A DNA stretch of 64,000 nt, from contig NC_087436.1 of the NCBI RefSeq assembly GCF_036321535.1, positions 82,772,001 through 82,836,000 on the forward strand, read 5' to 3'. The position numbers and the translations under genes are program-made. The notes under the pieces are model-generated. The model did not search any database. It was not told the origin of the DNA and was given only the letters and a program-made list of their open reading frames with translations. Below are positions 49,871-64,000 of the stretch, in pieces. The stretch comes from Camelus dromedarius (taxonomy: Eukaryota). How positions within the stretch are numbered: the first letter of the stretch is position 1; every line of letters begins with the position of its first letter.

Positions 49871-50466
49871 TATCAAATTTTTCAAATTGTTTTTTAAGGA
49901 GAATCTGTAACCAGTTAACAGAACCAAGCTTACTTGTTCAAGAATTATTCACACATTTGTTTTAAGAGTATTGTGTTCTAACCAGCTAAGTGAAATAGCT
50001 TTTGACAAATCCTGAAGACAAATCTAAGGGCAATCATTTATGAAACATTTCAACAGGAAAATGTCAGTGTTCTGTGTTCTGTGTGCAACTGAATTCCAGG
50101 ACCTCTACAAAGTACCCACTGACAGCAAATGTTGCACATCTCCCTCTTGGCAAATCATATTCCGCGCAGTGATTTGCTCTTTATGCTTTAAAATACTAGA
50201 CAGTTATCACATCTACTCATAGCCGAAATAAAAACAACTTGGATATTTTATAATTTATTACAACCGAAGCATTAACCTTGCCTAAAGGAGTATCAAAGAA
50301 AAACAGACTTTCAGTTGTGTTTGAGTATTGAGATTCTCAGAGCTAGGACCTCAGTATTCCTGTAAAAAGCAGGAGAAATGTTTAATTGTACCAGTAGTTT
50401 CCCATTGCTTAGGGTGATGAGAGACCTTCTCTTTGGAGAAAGACTGGGTTTAGCACAAAACATAAC

Positions 50467-50718
50467 GGGGAGGGAAGGGATAAATTGGGAGTTTGAGATT
50501 TGCAGATACTAACTACTATATATAAAACAGATAAACAATAAGCTTCTAGTGTATAGCACAGGGAACTATACTCAATATCTTGTAGTAATAAAAAAGAATA
50601 CGAAAAAGGATATATGTATGTGTATGTATGACGGAAACATTATGCTGTACACCAGGAACTGACACAACATTGTAAACTGATACTACTTTAATAAAAAAAA
50701 TTTTTTAAACAAAAAAAA
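50467..50718 (+). mobile_element. 5'-truncated cetartiodactyl L1 3'UTR
   Basis: gggataaattgggagtttgagatttgcagatac...gtatagcacagggaactata...acacaacattgtaaactga plus A-tail. Confidence 0.9.
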
Positions 50719-51529
50719 GTAATGGGCTGTGCAGAAGTGAGTGCCTAACCTTCTGCTGGAAGGAAAGTGAGGGATGAGGAGCCAAACAACTAAGTCTCAT
50801 GTAGAAAGCGCGCTTCTGCTGGGCAGTACTGATGATGGGGATGAAGGTGTCAGCTTGGTAGAGGGTGGGCATGTAGTCAGTTTCCCTTGGGAGTGGGGCA
50901 CCTAGAACACAGAACAGAGGCACAGCCATCTCAAAGGCACCTGGCCTGCCACCAGCAGCAGGCGGGGTAAATAGGTGGCTTTCTGCAAAGGTGTGAGGCT
51001 GGGAGATGTTACAAGTATTTCGGACTTGGATCTGTTGATCTCTTGCAGAGCTTTGTGGTTTTCCATCTTTTCTGCATTGTAATTCCTCCCTGTAATTCAT
51101 GGGCCTTTTGAAAAGTTTTTCTAATGCCAACTGCCTGGTAATAAGTTCTGCCTTGAGGAAGTGAAAGTGGCTCACATGCACATTTGGGGAAAATCTCTAG
51201 GCAGACAAGAGGGGAAGACTAGAAGGCCAGCTTTCAGATAGTAAGAGGTGACCTAAGGGAGATGGCCAAGGAGACCAACAACAGTCAGGACAGAGAGAGT
51301 AAGAGAAAAAGAATCTGATAAAATGACCGGATTCCTATGGTCATGCCTGATGGCAGCAGGGACCACTGAGTTCTAAACAGGACATTCCTGAAGGCACTTT
51401 AGATAGGTTTACCTACGCTTTTATCTTAAAAGATTCCAAATCATTTGTATCATGAACAAACAGTCAATAACAGCTCTACTATGTACACATAGTTGCCTTG
51501 GGGAAAACAGACTAAAAGACACTAGTAAA

Positions 51530-51690
51530 AGCATATGGTACAGAGTTAGAAAGCCCTGGGTTCAAAGCCTAGTTCTATCCTTTACTTAGCCTCTCAGAAC
51601 CTCAGTTTCAACATCAGCATAATACGGATAATCATACCAAGCTTTATATGGTCTTTGGGAGGAAATCAAGTAATATATATTGTGACAGAG
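51530..51690 (+). mobile_element. MIR SINE
   Basis: gagttagaaagccctgggttcaaagcctagttct...ctctcagaacctcagtttc. Confidence 0.7.
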
Positions 51691-54600
51691 AATATTTTTT
51701 AAATTAGAAATTTAAAACATCTAAACAACAGGCAAAAAAATAAGTGTCTTAAAAAGGAGGAGTTAGCCGAGGGAGTTCATATAAGTGTTCAGTCAGTGCC
51801 ATGGCAAGTCTATTAACATGATTTTTACCAAATATCAGCAAAAACAATATGGGACAACCTCCATTTTCTTGAACACTGACTGTCTAGTGCTGTCCCTCAT
51901 TTTTCCAAAATATGTGTCCTGCTTCCTATGAATATTTCCTAGTAGACCCTAGGAAATAAAAAACGGTCCTCCCCAAAATAAAGAACAGTCCAGTGTTCTT
52001 TTCTTCTTGGTTCCCTCAATGCAAGAGGAAGAATTGTTCTCTTTCAGGGGGAAAAATATAGCTTCTCTTCAAAGGCATTAATGAAAAAGGGGAAATAAGA
52101 TGGTAGTGAGCCTTACTTTGGTCAAGCACACCTGCTTAGATATCGAAGTCTCAATTTTCACTCTCAACTCTTTATCTGAGCTTCCCCGACACCACCTACC
52201 TACAGACAAAAAAGAAACATATCCATCTCCTATTGATACAATTTTGGGGGAAAAAAAACTGTAGATTACTCACACAAAAAAAAATTAAAGCTTTTTTTTT
52301 TAGTGAATTAATTGCCACAAGCCATCACTTCATTTTGGATACATCTTAAAGGATACAGAGTGGCAAAAACTATCTTCTCATCTAGAAACCGAACTGTATG
52401 CAAAGGGGAAATGATGTCGGAGCAGGGGTTGATCCCTCTCATGCTCATTTTTTAAGGCTGTTGGTAAGGTCTTGCCTGGCCTAAACTCTTTCCAACGGAG
52501 AAAGTAAGCCTCCCACACAAAAAGCTAACAATTTAAAATTCCCAATTTCCTTTTCCTCCTTCAAGCTTAAAAATCTACCAGTATTAATTTCAGTGCTCTG
52601 CCTGGTTATTAAATCACAAACCACATAGGCTGGTGAGAAACAAAGAAAGAAAAGAGCCATTATTCCAGGCGAACCAGACAGCCTCACGAAGAGCTCCACA
52701 AAAGTCAACTCTACTATGGTTTTCACTCCTTCATGAGTCAGAAGAGAAGGATTCTAACTATTCAACTATGCAAGTTTCGGGTGGCAATTCATTAGACAAG
52801 TAAACAGAGTGTACTTGAAGGAGATAAAAAGATTAGCAGAGAAAGTACAGTCAGGCAGGCAAAGATGTGCCAACTTTTCCTCTTCCACCGAGACTACAGT
52901 ACAGAGCCCAGCGAGCCTGGGATCCGATGGGGCTCCCAGACTTGTCACCTATCTGACATAACCGCACGTCGCAGGCCACCACACACCGTGGTTCTGTCCT
53001 ACCTTGCTGTCACCACGTCTTTCTGTCTGTCTCACCCTCCTCCCTTGGCCCATCTGCTCTCTGTGTCCTCTGCTTCCTTCCCCCAGAAACTTCCCACCCC
53101 CAGCCTCCCTCAACCACAATGGACACCTCCCTCTCCAATTCTCCCCAAATATTTCCTATTTCTATTATATCACTGACCTTCATTCTTTCTGAGCGCTGGC
53201 TGGGGGCATCTTCCCCACGAGACTGTAGCGAAGTCTGTGAAAATGATGAACACACCTGTTTGTGTGTGTGTGTGTCCGTTAGTTCCCTCGTGTGCTGTGA
53301 ATATGGAACAGGTATATTTGAATTTTTTTCTAATGTATGTTCTTTTACTAGTCAGCTAGATTTCCTCCCCCGTCCCCCATACCTCATATGCTTTTAAAGC
53401 CAAGAATGAGGCTGGAGTAGGAAAGATGAAATGAGGAGACATGTGCAGTTACAGGTGACAGGCAGAGGACGGGGGCAAGGAGGAAGGCCCCGGAGAGAGG
53501 AACGAAGACACAGGAGGCCAGAGATGTACACTCCAGATTTTCCTGAATGTCAGCCCAGGAGGCAAAGGGCTAGAAAACCTGAAGAAGTTTCATGATAGGG
53601 TGAAAAGTTCCTAGAGCAGAAGCAATAATTGCCTGGCTTTCCAGTGAACAGCCAAGAAGACACAAAGAGTCCCAGGGAAACGATGACATCCAGAAAGGTG
53701 CTCCCCAGGAAGTGACAGAAATGTGGTGCTGTGCAGAGAGCACTTGTGCGCTTTCCCTGGCTCTCAAGGCTGTGGGAGGGATCCAGAGCCTCCAACATGC
53801 CCCACAGCAGGGACAGAAGAGAGAGCTGATCAGAGAGCTGGAAATCTTGCCAATGGATAGTCATGATGAATGAGGAGAAATATGGATTGAGGATGGCACA
53901 GACGACACGGCAGACAGTCGAGGGACCTGCAGTGTCAGCAAGAGCCACAGTAAGGCCAAGTCAGCAAAGGAAGACCACTGGGTCCCCATCCCAGCTGAGA
54001 GAGTAAGTCACAAATTCGCCAGCTGCAGATTTTATTAGCAGAGGAAAATAGGACTTCGGCCTCCAGCCGGAAGCCCCAGCAGACAGTACAAGGACCGCGC
54101 AGGGAAGGGATTCTCTCCTTGCTTTAACCAAGTTAGGTCTCTAGCCAAGAGCCATTCATGTTATGCGGGAGCAGTCCCTCAAAGGATCCTGCTCTTGCCT
54201 AGCCAGGGCACTGGCCCATGTCAGCGTAGGCTTTGGGATGTCAGGTTAATGGCTTGACATTCCTAAAAGAAGCTAGTTCCTACTTCCCAGGGCAGGGATT
54301 CTCAGTTAAAGGGGTATAGGTGATACAACGGCTCCCCACCTCTTGGCCTGTGTACCAGGTGAAGACAGAATTCACTCCAAGAGGCCACGTACGCCAGACA
54401 TAATCAGGGTCTATTCAGGTTCATAACAGTGCCACATGTGGTCGTGTCTGTCACTCAGTATTATGACCCGACACTTTGCCCGACCTGTCTATTGAGCCCA
54501 GGGAACTTATGCCATATTCTCACAGTCAGGAAGAAGTTGTATAAGCAAAAATCCTTTTTTAAGGAAAAGAATTATGAACTGAGAGTGCTATGGGAAAATT

Positions 54601-55654
54601 AAAGTTCAAGGCCATCAAGTTTGTAGGTTGAAAAAAACCATGGTGTTGGCAAGTATGTTCTCCTCACCTTGAAGTAGAACCCAGCTCTTTATCCTTCCAC
54701 CCAACAAAAACAAACAAACAACAAAAAAATAATTTTTCAAGCAATAACCTTCAAAATACAAATTTTGCTGAAGATTTCATGGGATGGAGTCAGAAGTTGA
54801 TTTCATATACCACACAGCAAAAAAAAAGCATAATAAAAATCCCCACCAGACGTTTCTATTTTCCTATAAATTCCTTGTCAGAGGCCAAGTTCGGGTGTTT
54901 CCCCATCTCAGTCCTTCCCCCAGACAGTCTTCAAAAAAAAATCTCTTGTAGTAATACAGCTCCGTCCCTAAGCTTGCAAAATCAGCAAAATGAAATCCTG
55001 AAACCTACAATGAACCCAGTAATAACCGGGCAAGTGTCTGTAGCCCTTTCATCATGCTCTCGGGGACCTCCTCCCCAACCCTCCACCCCAAACAGATGGT
55101 CAGTCTTCACCCCAAGACAGCGGGTTTATCCACAGGAACACCAAGTAAAATAAGTTAGATGCTGCCTATATATTTACAGTTCTGTCATGTGCACATGGTT
55201 AGGGAGGTCTGGCTTATAACCTAGATGTGGAATTTAAAATTAGCAAAGTGATTATAGCTCCTCACCTGCCTCACTTTATCTCCCATCTAAAGTCACTCTC
55301 GTCCTTCCCGCTGGGCCATATACACTCATGCTCTGCACCAACACCACACTGAACGGGTGGGCACAATCGTAGACACTCAAGAGCCACTGCTACCAAAGTC
55401 CCTCTTCTAACCACAGCACTGACTGTTTCCACATACACATTCTGCCAACTTATATCACATTTTCATTTTAGTCCATTTTTAAATACAAAAGTGTGATCCT
55501 ATACCTACTAAATGTCTTATTCTTTCATCAGAGTTCAAATCCGAAGCTCTATAGCGAAAAAAAAGAATTAGGTAATTTATTAGTATTCCTATCATTTTCG
55601 GATGTGGAATATTCTTAACAGTTTCTGCGTTTTTGCCCTCCAACAAAACTAAAT

Positions 55655-56180
55655 TTGAATGTCAGTTCTGCCATTTGTTAATTTCTTAATCTTGGACATA
55701 TGACAATCTCTCTGAACTGCAATAAAATCGTAATAAAATGTATTATTACTTACAACAATAATAGCAATTGAGCACCTACAAAAGGTTTGTGTGATGATTT
55801 AAAGAGATAATGAATTTAAATTTCTTAGCCCTGTGCCTGGCCCAAGGTAAGTCAGACCGGTCAGCTTTTAGGAGCCAAGCACTCGAGTAAGGATTTAATA
55901 GGTGTTACTGTATTTAATCTAGACAATAGCCCTGGGGCTTGGACATTATTAGTCCCTCATTTTAAGCAGTAAGGAAACAGGTTTAAAAAGGTTAAGTAAT
56001 TTACCCAGGATGGATTGTTAATAAATAAAGGAAGGGAAAGGTGACAACAGGTCTATTTAACTTCTCATCTGTGAAATGGGGTTAATAATTCCTACCCCAC
56101 AGTATTGTTGTCAAAATTAAATTAGCTAATCCCGTAACACGGACCATATGGTAGTCATTCAGTACATTTTCATTTTCCTT
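55655..56180. mobile_element. Cluster of MIR fragments in both orientations
   Basis: cttagccctgtgcctggc; cctcattttaagcagtaaggaaacagg; ctcatctgtgaaatggggttaataat. Confidence 0.65.
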
Positions 56181-56949
56181 TCCTTTCTGCCTTTATGTAA
56201 CCCCTGCCTTTAGCATTCCATCCCATTAAATAAAAACTTGTTAATGTTACTCCCTAGTATTGCTACCTCCAAAAAGCACCAACTTTTGCCAAGAAATTTT
56301 TTTGAGTAGCAGTATTCATATTCTCATATAGAGCATGTTCATATGTGAGTACCACTTGGCCATATTTCCAAAACACACCAAGATAAATGTAAACCCTAAA
56401 GTTTACCATTTCCTAGCGACCATAATAGATATCCAGATGGTAAACCAAGTAGCAATTTACTTGATTTACTCAGATTCAACACACTGCTAAAAAACAGTAA
56501 TTCACAGATAAGAATGTATAATCAAGATTGATTTATTTAGAATTATTTTTAAAGGGCTTATTTTTCCTTTTTAACCATTCTAAAATCAATACATTTTAAA
56601 CTTGCCCTAAACCCCAGGCAACTCACAGGCTCTTGTTTAAATGTTCTCCTGAAGCATCTTTCTGTTCTAAGATCAGTCCTATTCCCCATTCATAGGTCTG
56701 CGGTAGTTTCCAGCTACCTATTACATTAATTGCAAAATCTTCAATCTAACATTCAAAGCCATCCATGACCTTACTCAAAATGGATTTTTCTGCCTCTACT
56801 TCACTTTCTGTTGTGTGTATTCCACCCTGTGCCCAAATATCCCCTAAAAATGCCCACTCACTGTCTTTTTTCATGATATTTCTTTTATCTACAATGTCTT
56901 CCCTCCCCAACCCATGGAAAGACATTTCTCTTGATCTATTTTTGTACTT

Positions 56950-57915
56950 TCCAAATGTTCTCCTTAAACATTTTGCACATTTTTATTAACTCTATTCCTT
57001 AATACTTTATAGTTTTTGCTGTTATTTTGAATTCCATCTTTTTTTCTGATACATATTCAAATAGATCACTGCTGTGTAAAGGAATATGATTGATCTTTAT
57101 GTGCTGGTCTTGCCTCTAGCAAGTGTGCTAAACTCTTTAATAGGTCTCTGGCCAATTTTTATAGAATATATATTCCTTTTATAATAAAATATTTTTCAAA
57201 AAAATAATAGCAACCATTTGCATACTGCTAATCGTTCTAAATGCTTCTTATAGGTAAACACTTAATCTTACTGCATTGCATTTTTATTTCGAACCCTCAT
57301 CAGAGACGAAGAAAGGGATGCATTAAAAAATGAAATAGTTTGCAAGAAGTCCTCAAGCCAAGAGTAAGGGGATTGTGATTCAAGACAAGTTAGTTTAGCT
57401 CAAGTATCCATATTCTTAACTTTAGGACATACTATCTGCTCTTATGAAGATGGGCCATGTAGTCAGAGACTGGGGTTTGGGTCCTGGGTCTTCTGATTTG
57501 GGAAAGTCACTACCTCTCCACGATTCAGTTTACTCATCAGGAACATGAAATCAATAACAGTCACCTACAGAGTTTTTCTAAGGACTCAACGAGAAAGTAC
57601 GTGATAGCATCTTATACAGCGTAGCATAGTGGCTACCGATACCATCACTCCTGTCTCTCCCCAAAAATCCCTGTCTACTTTTTCTGTTGAAATCCCACCC
57701 ATCTGCCTCTGAACCCCCAAGTACTCTGTATTTTTCAGCTTGGTAGTTATCACGTACTTTCTTGCCAGTCAACTAACTGGCACCCTTCTGATCTTCCCTG
57801 CTAAACTGCATCCTCCTTGGGGACACGAACTACACCTCATTTATCTTGGGTTCCCCAAAACAATAGTGTCTTACATATAGAATTGGCTCAGCAAATATTT
57901 GTATCTGAAAGAATT
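56950..57915. mobile_element. Mixed old L1 (-), MIR (-/+) and L2 (+) fragments
   Basis: Recognisable degenerate cores (gggaaagtcactacctctcc...cagtttactcatc; ctcagcaaatatttgtatctgaa). Confidence 0.55.
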
Positions 57916-58589
57916 TTCAAAATCACTGGTTGTAGAAAACATAATGTATCTGAACCTGGCTTGTACCAGCTTGTTTACAAAACCATGTGCTCATCTCAGA
58001 AACATAAATTTCCATGTAGACAGGTAATCCTGCAAGAAAATCAGTTTGCTTTCCATTTACGCATTTGTAAGCATTCATATGGTCTAATTACCACAAACCT
58101 TTTATATGCTTAAGCACAAATTACCAATTAGCTTCCAGGTTAAAAAAAAAAAAAAAAAAAGGGCCCTAGCTATTTTATGTGAAAATGGGTTATTCACAGA
58201 GACCTGCCTCTTTTTTCATTCATAAGAGACAGTGGTTGGTGGAGGGAAATACAAACAGGGAAGCGATGTTGAAATCAGAAGAGGGGCCACCTCTGAGTGG
58301 GGCGGCCTGCACTGCATCACACCCAGAGAGCGTGATTCATTTCCTTCCCTCCCCTCTATCCCCTCGGAAGCCTCTCTCTATTCTCCACCTCTCGCTGAAC
58401 CCCACCACCCTTGCCACGGATTCAGTGAGTCACAGACAGCTCACCCAACCAACCAGGAAGAAAATCTGAAGTAGGAGAAGAAGAAGAAATATGCTCTTTT
58501 TGTTTAATTAGAGAAAAATCAAGGGAACCCTCCATTGGGAAATGTCACAATTAATAGAGTTGATTGAACTATGCAATAATCTTTTTTAA

Positions 58590-58683
58590 AATCTTCTTAC
58601 TGGGGTTACCATATGTACCATAAAGTGCACAAATGATTAGTATGCAACTCAATGAATTTTTACATATATACATGGGTACATAG

Positions 58684-58740
<57 letters not shown>

Positions 58741-59100
58741 CCACATAATCCCACCCAGATAGAAAGATAAAATATTTCCAACACCCCAGAAGACTTCCCA
58801 GTCAATAAACACCATCTGCCCCCACAGACGTAACTATTCTGGCTTCTCTCACCACAGATTTGTTTTCCCTGTTCTTGAACTTCCTGTCAGTGGAATCCAG
58901 GATACACTCTTTTGTGTCTGGCTCCTTTCACTCAGCCTTACATCTGTTAGATTCATTCATATTATTGTGTATAGCAGCAGTTTGTTCTTTTTTATGGCTA
59001 TTTATTATTCCACTCAACAGATTTTTAATGAATAAAGCTGCTATTATGAATGGAGTACCATAAACATAAAGGTTCTTGCACACCTTTCGGTGGATGTATG
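58590..59100 (-). mobile_element. Old L1 (L1MB/L1ME-type) 3'UTR
   Basis: aacatttcca-like/ccccagaag...ttttgtgtctggctcctttcactcagc...aataaagctgctat. Confidence 0.8.
58686..58735. repeat. (GT)25 microsatellite
   Basis: Seen directly. Confidence 0.95.
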
Positions 59101-59619
59101 AAAATGATGCCTTTTACCTAATCTCCTACTTCTGCAGATTCTCCACTTCTGTTGCCACCCTCCCAGGAGTCTCCCTAAGTCTGCTTGGACCCTTGTTCTC
59201 CACAGAGCTCTCACTGGATCCCCACTGTCTACAGAGTTTATTAAAACTCCAAAGCAGCCCTTCTAGGCTTTCCATGATTTGGCCACATCCTACCTCTTCA
59301 GGCTTATTTCCTGTATAATTTCAAGATTTATTACCCTCTCTCAGTCTCCAGTCAAAACACATAACTTGCTTTTCTCCACACACACCCCAAACTTTTATAT
59401 TTATGAACATACCAGTCCCTCCCTATTCAGAAAGTATTTTCTCACCAATTATAAATTATGAATAAATACTTGAATTTTTATAGAGTTGTTTGCCTCAGAT
59501 TGTTTTAAAGACATCTTCCTGATATGATGCCATGAAGAGGTCATAAAAAGTAACCAATAACTTAAATGGAATTTTCCATTAAGTTTGGAGGAAGTTAAGA
59601 ACACACACCTGGGACAATT

Positions 59620-60125
59620 TTGCACTCAGGTGAGGGTTGGCGGCTTTGGGAAAAACTGGTTCTGCCAATTCCTAGCTGTGTGATCTTGGGTAAGATATTT
59701 AATTTTTCTAAGCTTTAGTTTTCTCATCTGAAAACTAGAAGCAAAAACTTTCCTCACAGAATTGTTCTGAAGAGTAAGTGTAATATTGCATACAAACTAC
59801 TTTAAAATAGTGACAGGCAAGAAGAAAGCACAGAATAAATTGTATTTATCATTATTAATAAAGAAGCTGTACATCATAGAGGCTAAGAGAAGACCTTGGG
59901 AACCAGATGGCCTGGGTTCAAATCCCAGCCCCACCACTTACTAGCTATAAGACTTGGCGCATTGCTAATAAACTGTGGCAGTTTCTTTGTCTATAAAAAG
60001 GTAATGACAATCATACCTTCTTCAGAGGGCTAGTGGAAGGATTCAAAGAATTAATATATATGAAGCACTGTATCTGGCACACAGTAAATGATACACACGT
60101 CTCAGCCACTTATAGTACTGCTATT
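59620..60125 (+). mobile_element. Two tandem MIR SINEs
   Basis: ctagctgtgtgatcttgggtaag...ttctcatctgaaaa; cctgggttcaaatcccagccccaccacttactagct. Confidence 0.85.
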
Positions 60126-62252
60126 AAATATCAACACTACTATTACCAATATCATTAACAGGACACTGTCATTCTTGTGGATCTGAAGTCTTGACAGACA
60201 AGAAAAAGACTAAAGGAGATTAACCTAGAGATGTTTTTGAGAAGCATTACTCCCAATGAGAGAAAGTTCTGTAGCGGCAGAAGAGAGGACCCCAAAGTGA
60301 CAACAGTTTGAACAGAGTATGGCCAAAGGAACATGGGAACACACACAACAAAGCCACCCATATCCAAGGTGAACTCATGATTCGAAATGAGCACCTCTGA
60401 GTTCTTGATTCTGACCGACTAGCAGAGTTGCCCTTGTGCAACAGGCAGAAGGCGGTGCCTGGTAAAATCCACACTGATGCCGTTGGTGCGCCTTGAGACC
60501 CATTATCAACTTCATTCTTACAGCCTGATCATCTCAGGAAGGCGGCTCCCTGACACTACTTCTAACCTGTTTCAGAGTAATCCATACTTTCTGAAGACAA
60601 GTAACAAGCTAATAAGAGATAGAAGCTAGCGTTCAGTGTCCATGATGGGAATAATGATTCCTCCTTTTATTATTTTATTCCAATTTCACAGATAAATAAA
60701 CTCAGGTAAGAACAAGTTAAGTTGCCTGTGACCAAACAGTTTGGAAGAAACATAGACAGGACAGAGATCCACAAACGTGAATCCGAAGCCTACGCAATTT
60801 CAGCACGAAGAGCAAACTTGAACACTTTTCTGTTGGTGAGGTTTTCTTACTAGTAAACTTTCAACAGAACCCTGCAGGAGAAGTAAGTTCAGATAAGAAA
60901 TTCCTCAATTTTAGAGTCAGTGAAATAAAAAGGGGACAGCGACCTTAGGGGCTGCCCTGTCTGTGAACCTCTCTGGGATATCGCTTGCTGGCTAAAAAGA
61001 AATGGAAAGTGAAGAAAGGGGTACAGGAGCAACCTTTGCCCTGCCTTCCATGAAAACCTAACTTTCTTATGAGAAGAAACAGAATGGACAGCGTGGTGTT
61101 GAGGAATGGAGGTGTTGGAGGTCTCTGAAATCTCTAAGTAACGCGCTGGTAGCTTTAGGGTCCTACTGTCACATGTGTGTCCTTAGAATCTTTCTAGGTT
61201 CCATCACTCCCCCTGTGTCCTCTACTGTAGCACATTTTTATCTTCTACTGAATCATTTTTTTGTAACATACTCAAAAATTCTGAGTTGTTTGAGTTGGTA
61301 AAAAGAAAAGACTTGAAACGTCTCATTTTTTTAAAAAGATGATGCCAGTGTACTACTTTTGGGTTGGAAACTTTCTCAATAAGCCCTGCTGTGACTTACA
61401 AATGTTAAAAATGAAACTTCCTTTTTAAACGTCTAAGGCGTTATGTTTCTTTATAACTTCCAATCATTAACTGAATTCAGCATTAATCTGCTTAATGGAT
61501 TCTGTGTTCAATATTGTTTAAAGCTCATGGTTGTCTTGGACAGAAACATGAGTACAGACAGAAAAAAGGGGAAGACAACTAAATGGAAATACCATGTAAA
61601 CTAAATACCCCCAAATTGTATTGTGTTCAGGAAAAATGGTAGGAGCACTTTGTGTGGTGATGAGTGAAGCAAATTGAGGACATGCTTATTTCAATCAGTC
61701 TCTTGTGGGTGGAAATGGCCTCATTACCACCTCTTTTGTTTGGTAGGAAATGCTTCAGAGCAGGAGGTGGTGGGGTTTAAGGAAAGAGAGGAAGAGTTAG
61801 AAGAGACCAATTCAAGAAGTAAAGTGTCACTCAGAATGTAAGTTTTAGAAAGACAGAGGAAAATTATTATTTTGTAGACAGGGAACTCTAAGGTGGCTTC
61901 AGAAAACAAAGTGGTCAGGCAAATTTTATGTGGGCACGTTCCCTCCCCATGGGGTCTCACTTGTCCGCATTCACTACTCCTACTCCAGGGCTTTATCCCT
62001 TTTGGAATACTGATATTTTCTGCATAAACTAGCCATCGTCCATTATTCCATAATCCATTCCTGATTAAGCCTGCCCTTAAGTGTGTTTAAAATTAAAGAA
62101 TGACAATTTAAAATCTCTCTCCCAAATTGTCATTTTCTATGTACATAGAGGCAACACCTGTTGTATTGTTTTCCATTATCAACTTCCATCTTCATGCACT
62201 CTTCCCAACGATGTCCAGTTTAGTGAAGCCAAAGAGCAACAAAGGTGCTTCT

Positions 62253-63086
62253 CTTCTTTTTTTTTTTAATTGAAGTATAGTTGATTTTCAATGTTGTGTT
62301 AGTTTCTGGTATACAGTATAGTGATTCAGTTATGCACATATATATATTATCTTTCATTATAGGTTATTACAATATATTGAATATAGTTTCATGTGCCATT
62401 CAGTAGGATCTTGTTGTTTATATATTCTGTATATAGTAGTTAGTATCTGCTAATCCCAAACTCCTAATTTATCCCTCCTCCCACTTGCCCTTTGGTAACC
62501 ATAATTTGCCTTCTATGTCTGTGAGTCTGTTTCTGTTTTGTAAATAAGTTCTTTTGTCTCATTTTTTTAGATTCCACATATAAGAGATATCATATCATAT
62601 CTGTCTTTCTCTGTCTGACATTTCATTTAGTATGATAATCTCTAGGTCCATCCATTTTGCTGCAAATGGCATTATTTCATTATTTTTTATGGTTGAGTAG
62701 TATTCCATTGTGTGTGTGTATATATATATACCACACACACACACATATATATACCACATCTTCTTTATTCAGTCTTCTATGAATGGACATTTAGGTTGCT
62801 TCCATGTCTTGGCTATCGAAAATAGTGCTGCTACGAAATTTGGGGTGCATGTATCTTAGTGAATTGAAGTTTTCTTTGGATATATGCCCAGGAGTGGAAT
62901 TGCTGGATCATAGGCTGAGTCTATTTTTAGTTTTTTAAGGAATCTCTATACTGTTTTCCATAGTGGCTGCACCAAATTACATTCCCACCAACAGTGTAGG
63001 ACGGTTCCGTTTTCTCCACACCCTCTCCAGCATTATTTGTAGACTTTTTAATGACGGCCGTTCTGACTGGTGTGAGGTGACACCTC
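62253..63086 (-). mobile_element. Cetartiodactyl L1 (ORF2 C-terminus plus 3'UTR)
   Basis: ORF fragment [26 protein letters not shown] acaaaggtgcttct (62239-62252) / acaacggtgcttct (63087-63100). Confidence 0.93.
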
Positions 63087-64000
63087 ACAACGGTGCTTCT
63101 TTGTTGAAACTCCGTAATACCTGCTGCGTGCGCACTGCACATAATAAATATTGGTAGACTAGACTCATAAATCCAAATGACATATTTATGTCTTTCAATG
63201 GAAATCCTAAAGTTTTGCATTCTATTTTTCTGAATGTTGTTGTGTTTTGTATTTCAACTTACTGTTCTGAAGAACAGACTTTACCAAGGGAGGGAGTCCA
63301 GTACATAAACCTAAAATGGTCCTTCTTGGGTTTGGTTAACATCTCAAACCTTGTGAGTGTGTAACTAGGCCATATGTATCATGGAAAATACTTCAGCTTC
63401 CTCCTGCAAAGATATTTTTTCCACTGAGGAAAGGAGACGTGTAGTCCAATTTCAAAACAGGGAAGTCAAATTTGCTAGAATGGGGCTAGAATTATTGCAA
63501 AATGTTCACTACCTATTCAGATGGTTCTACGGTAGAGATGACCAGGAAGTATAGATTCTGAGCTATAAATATCCTCAGAGAACCACGAAGCATCTGCTTT
63601 TAATTTGTGCTTGGGTGGCTTATACATCAGATAGGAACACATTTTAAGAGGTCTGAACAGATGCCAGAGAGGAAGCTTCCGTCTCCAAGTGTTTGTTGTC
63701 ATTTTGGTTAGTGAACTCCACCTACCAAAGCAAAAATGAACACGATGCTTCAGAGGCTCCCTTTTCAGCCCTGGGTTTTAACATTTAAAGAAAGAGAAAA
63801 GGGAGCAAGATTTTTTTGCCTGGTCTGCCACACAGATGTGTTCTTAACCAATCGCCCCATCATGGTTACCATCATTTTCTGGCTCTCTGCCTGTCTTGTA
63901 TTTAACTTCACACAGCACCCATTAAGTTGATTAATGGTCCATTTGATCATTTCTGTGAGTGATGTCTTAACAGCTTAAGAAAAGAGGGTAACTATGGTTG

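Noticed and set aside
50705..53948. 158-aa (50705-51181) and 132-aa (53550-53948) minus-strand ORFs
   Set aside because: No recognisable homology, signal peptide or splice context; lengths compatible with chance
1..64000. CRISPR arrays, prokaryotic defence systems, IBSP or SPP1 exons
   Set aside because: Mammalian DNA with no repeat-spacer arrays; no poly-Glu IBSP or SPP1-like coding exons seen, so the neighbours lie outside the window

Overview
Mammalian genomic DNA, almost certainly camelid (vic-1-type tRNA-derived SINE at ~9.8 kb and camelid/cetartiodactyl L1 3' ends). The only supportable protein-coding gene is a complete MEPE (SIBLING/SCPP family) on the + strand. Its exons are non-coding exon 1 (~5030-5079), the signal-peptide exon (6487-6552, ATG 6499), exon 3 (11420-11473), the 93-nt cassette exon (12431-12523) and the large terminal exon (17209-18672 plus 3'UTR). 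The predicted protein is 554 aa with the cassette exon and 523 aa without, with intact RGD/SGDG (dentonin) and ASARM motifs. The remaining ~45 kb is intergenic (towards SPP1 by known cluster order) and filled with L1, L2, L3/CR1, MIR, LTR and hAT relics; repeat families were assigned by eye and need RepeatMasker confirmation. No new multi-gene system is evident. The most interesting observations are: a candidate 53-nt poison exon and a 22-nt microexon inside MEPE; an ancient L1MB-like sequence re-inserted with a new polyA signal and a perfect 21-bp TSD; an L1 fragment in the MEPE 3'UTR lacking its polyA signal; an ancient internal duplication in MEPE; and candidate MEF2, MARE/ARE and CTCF elements.
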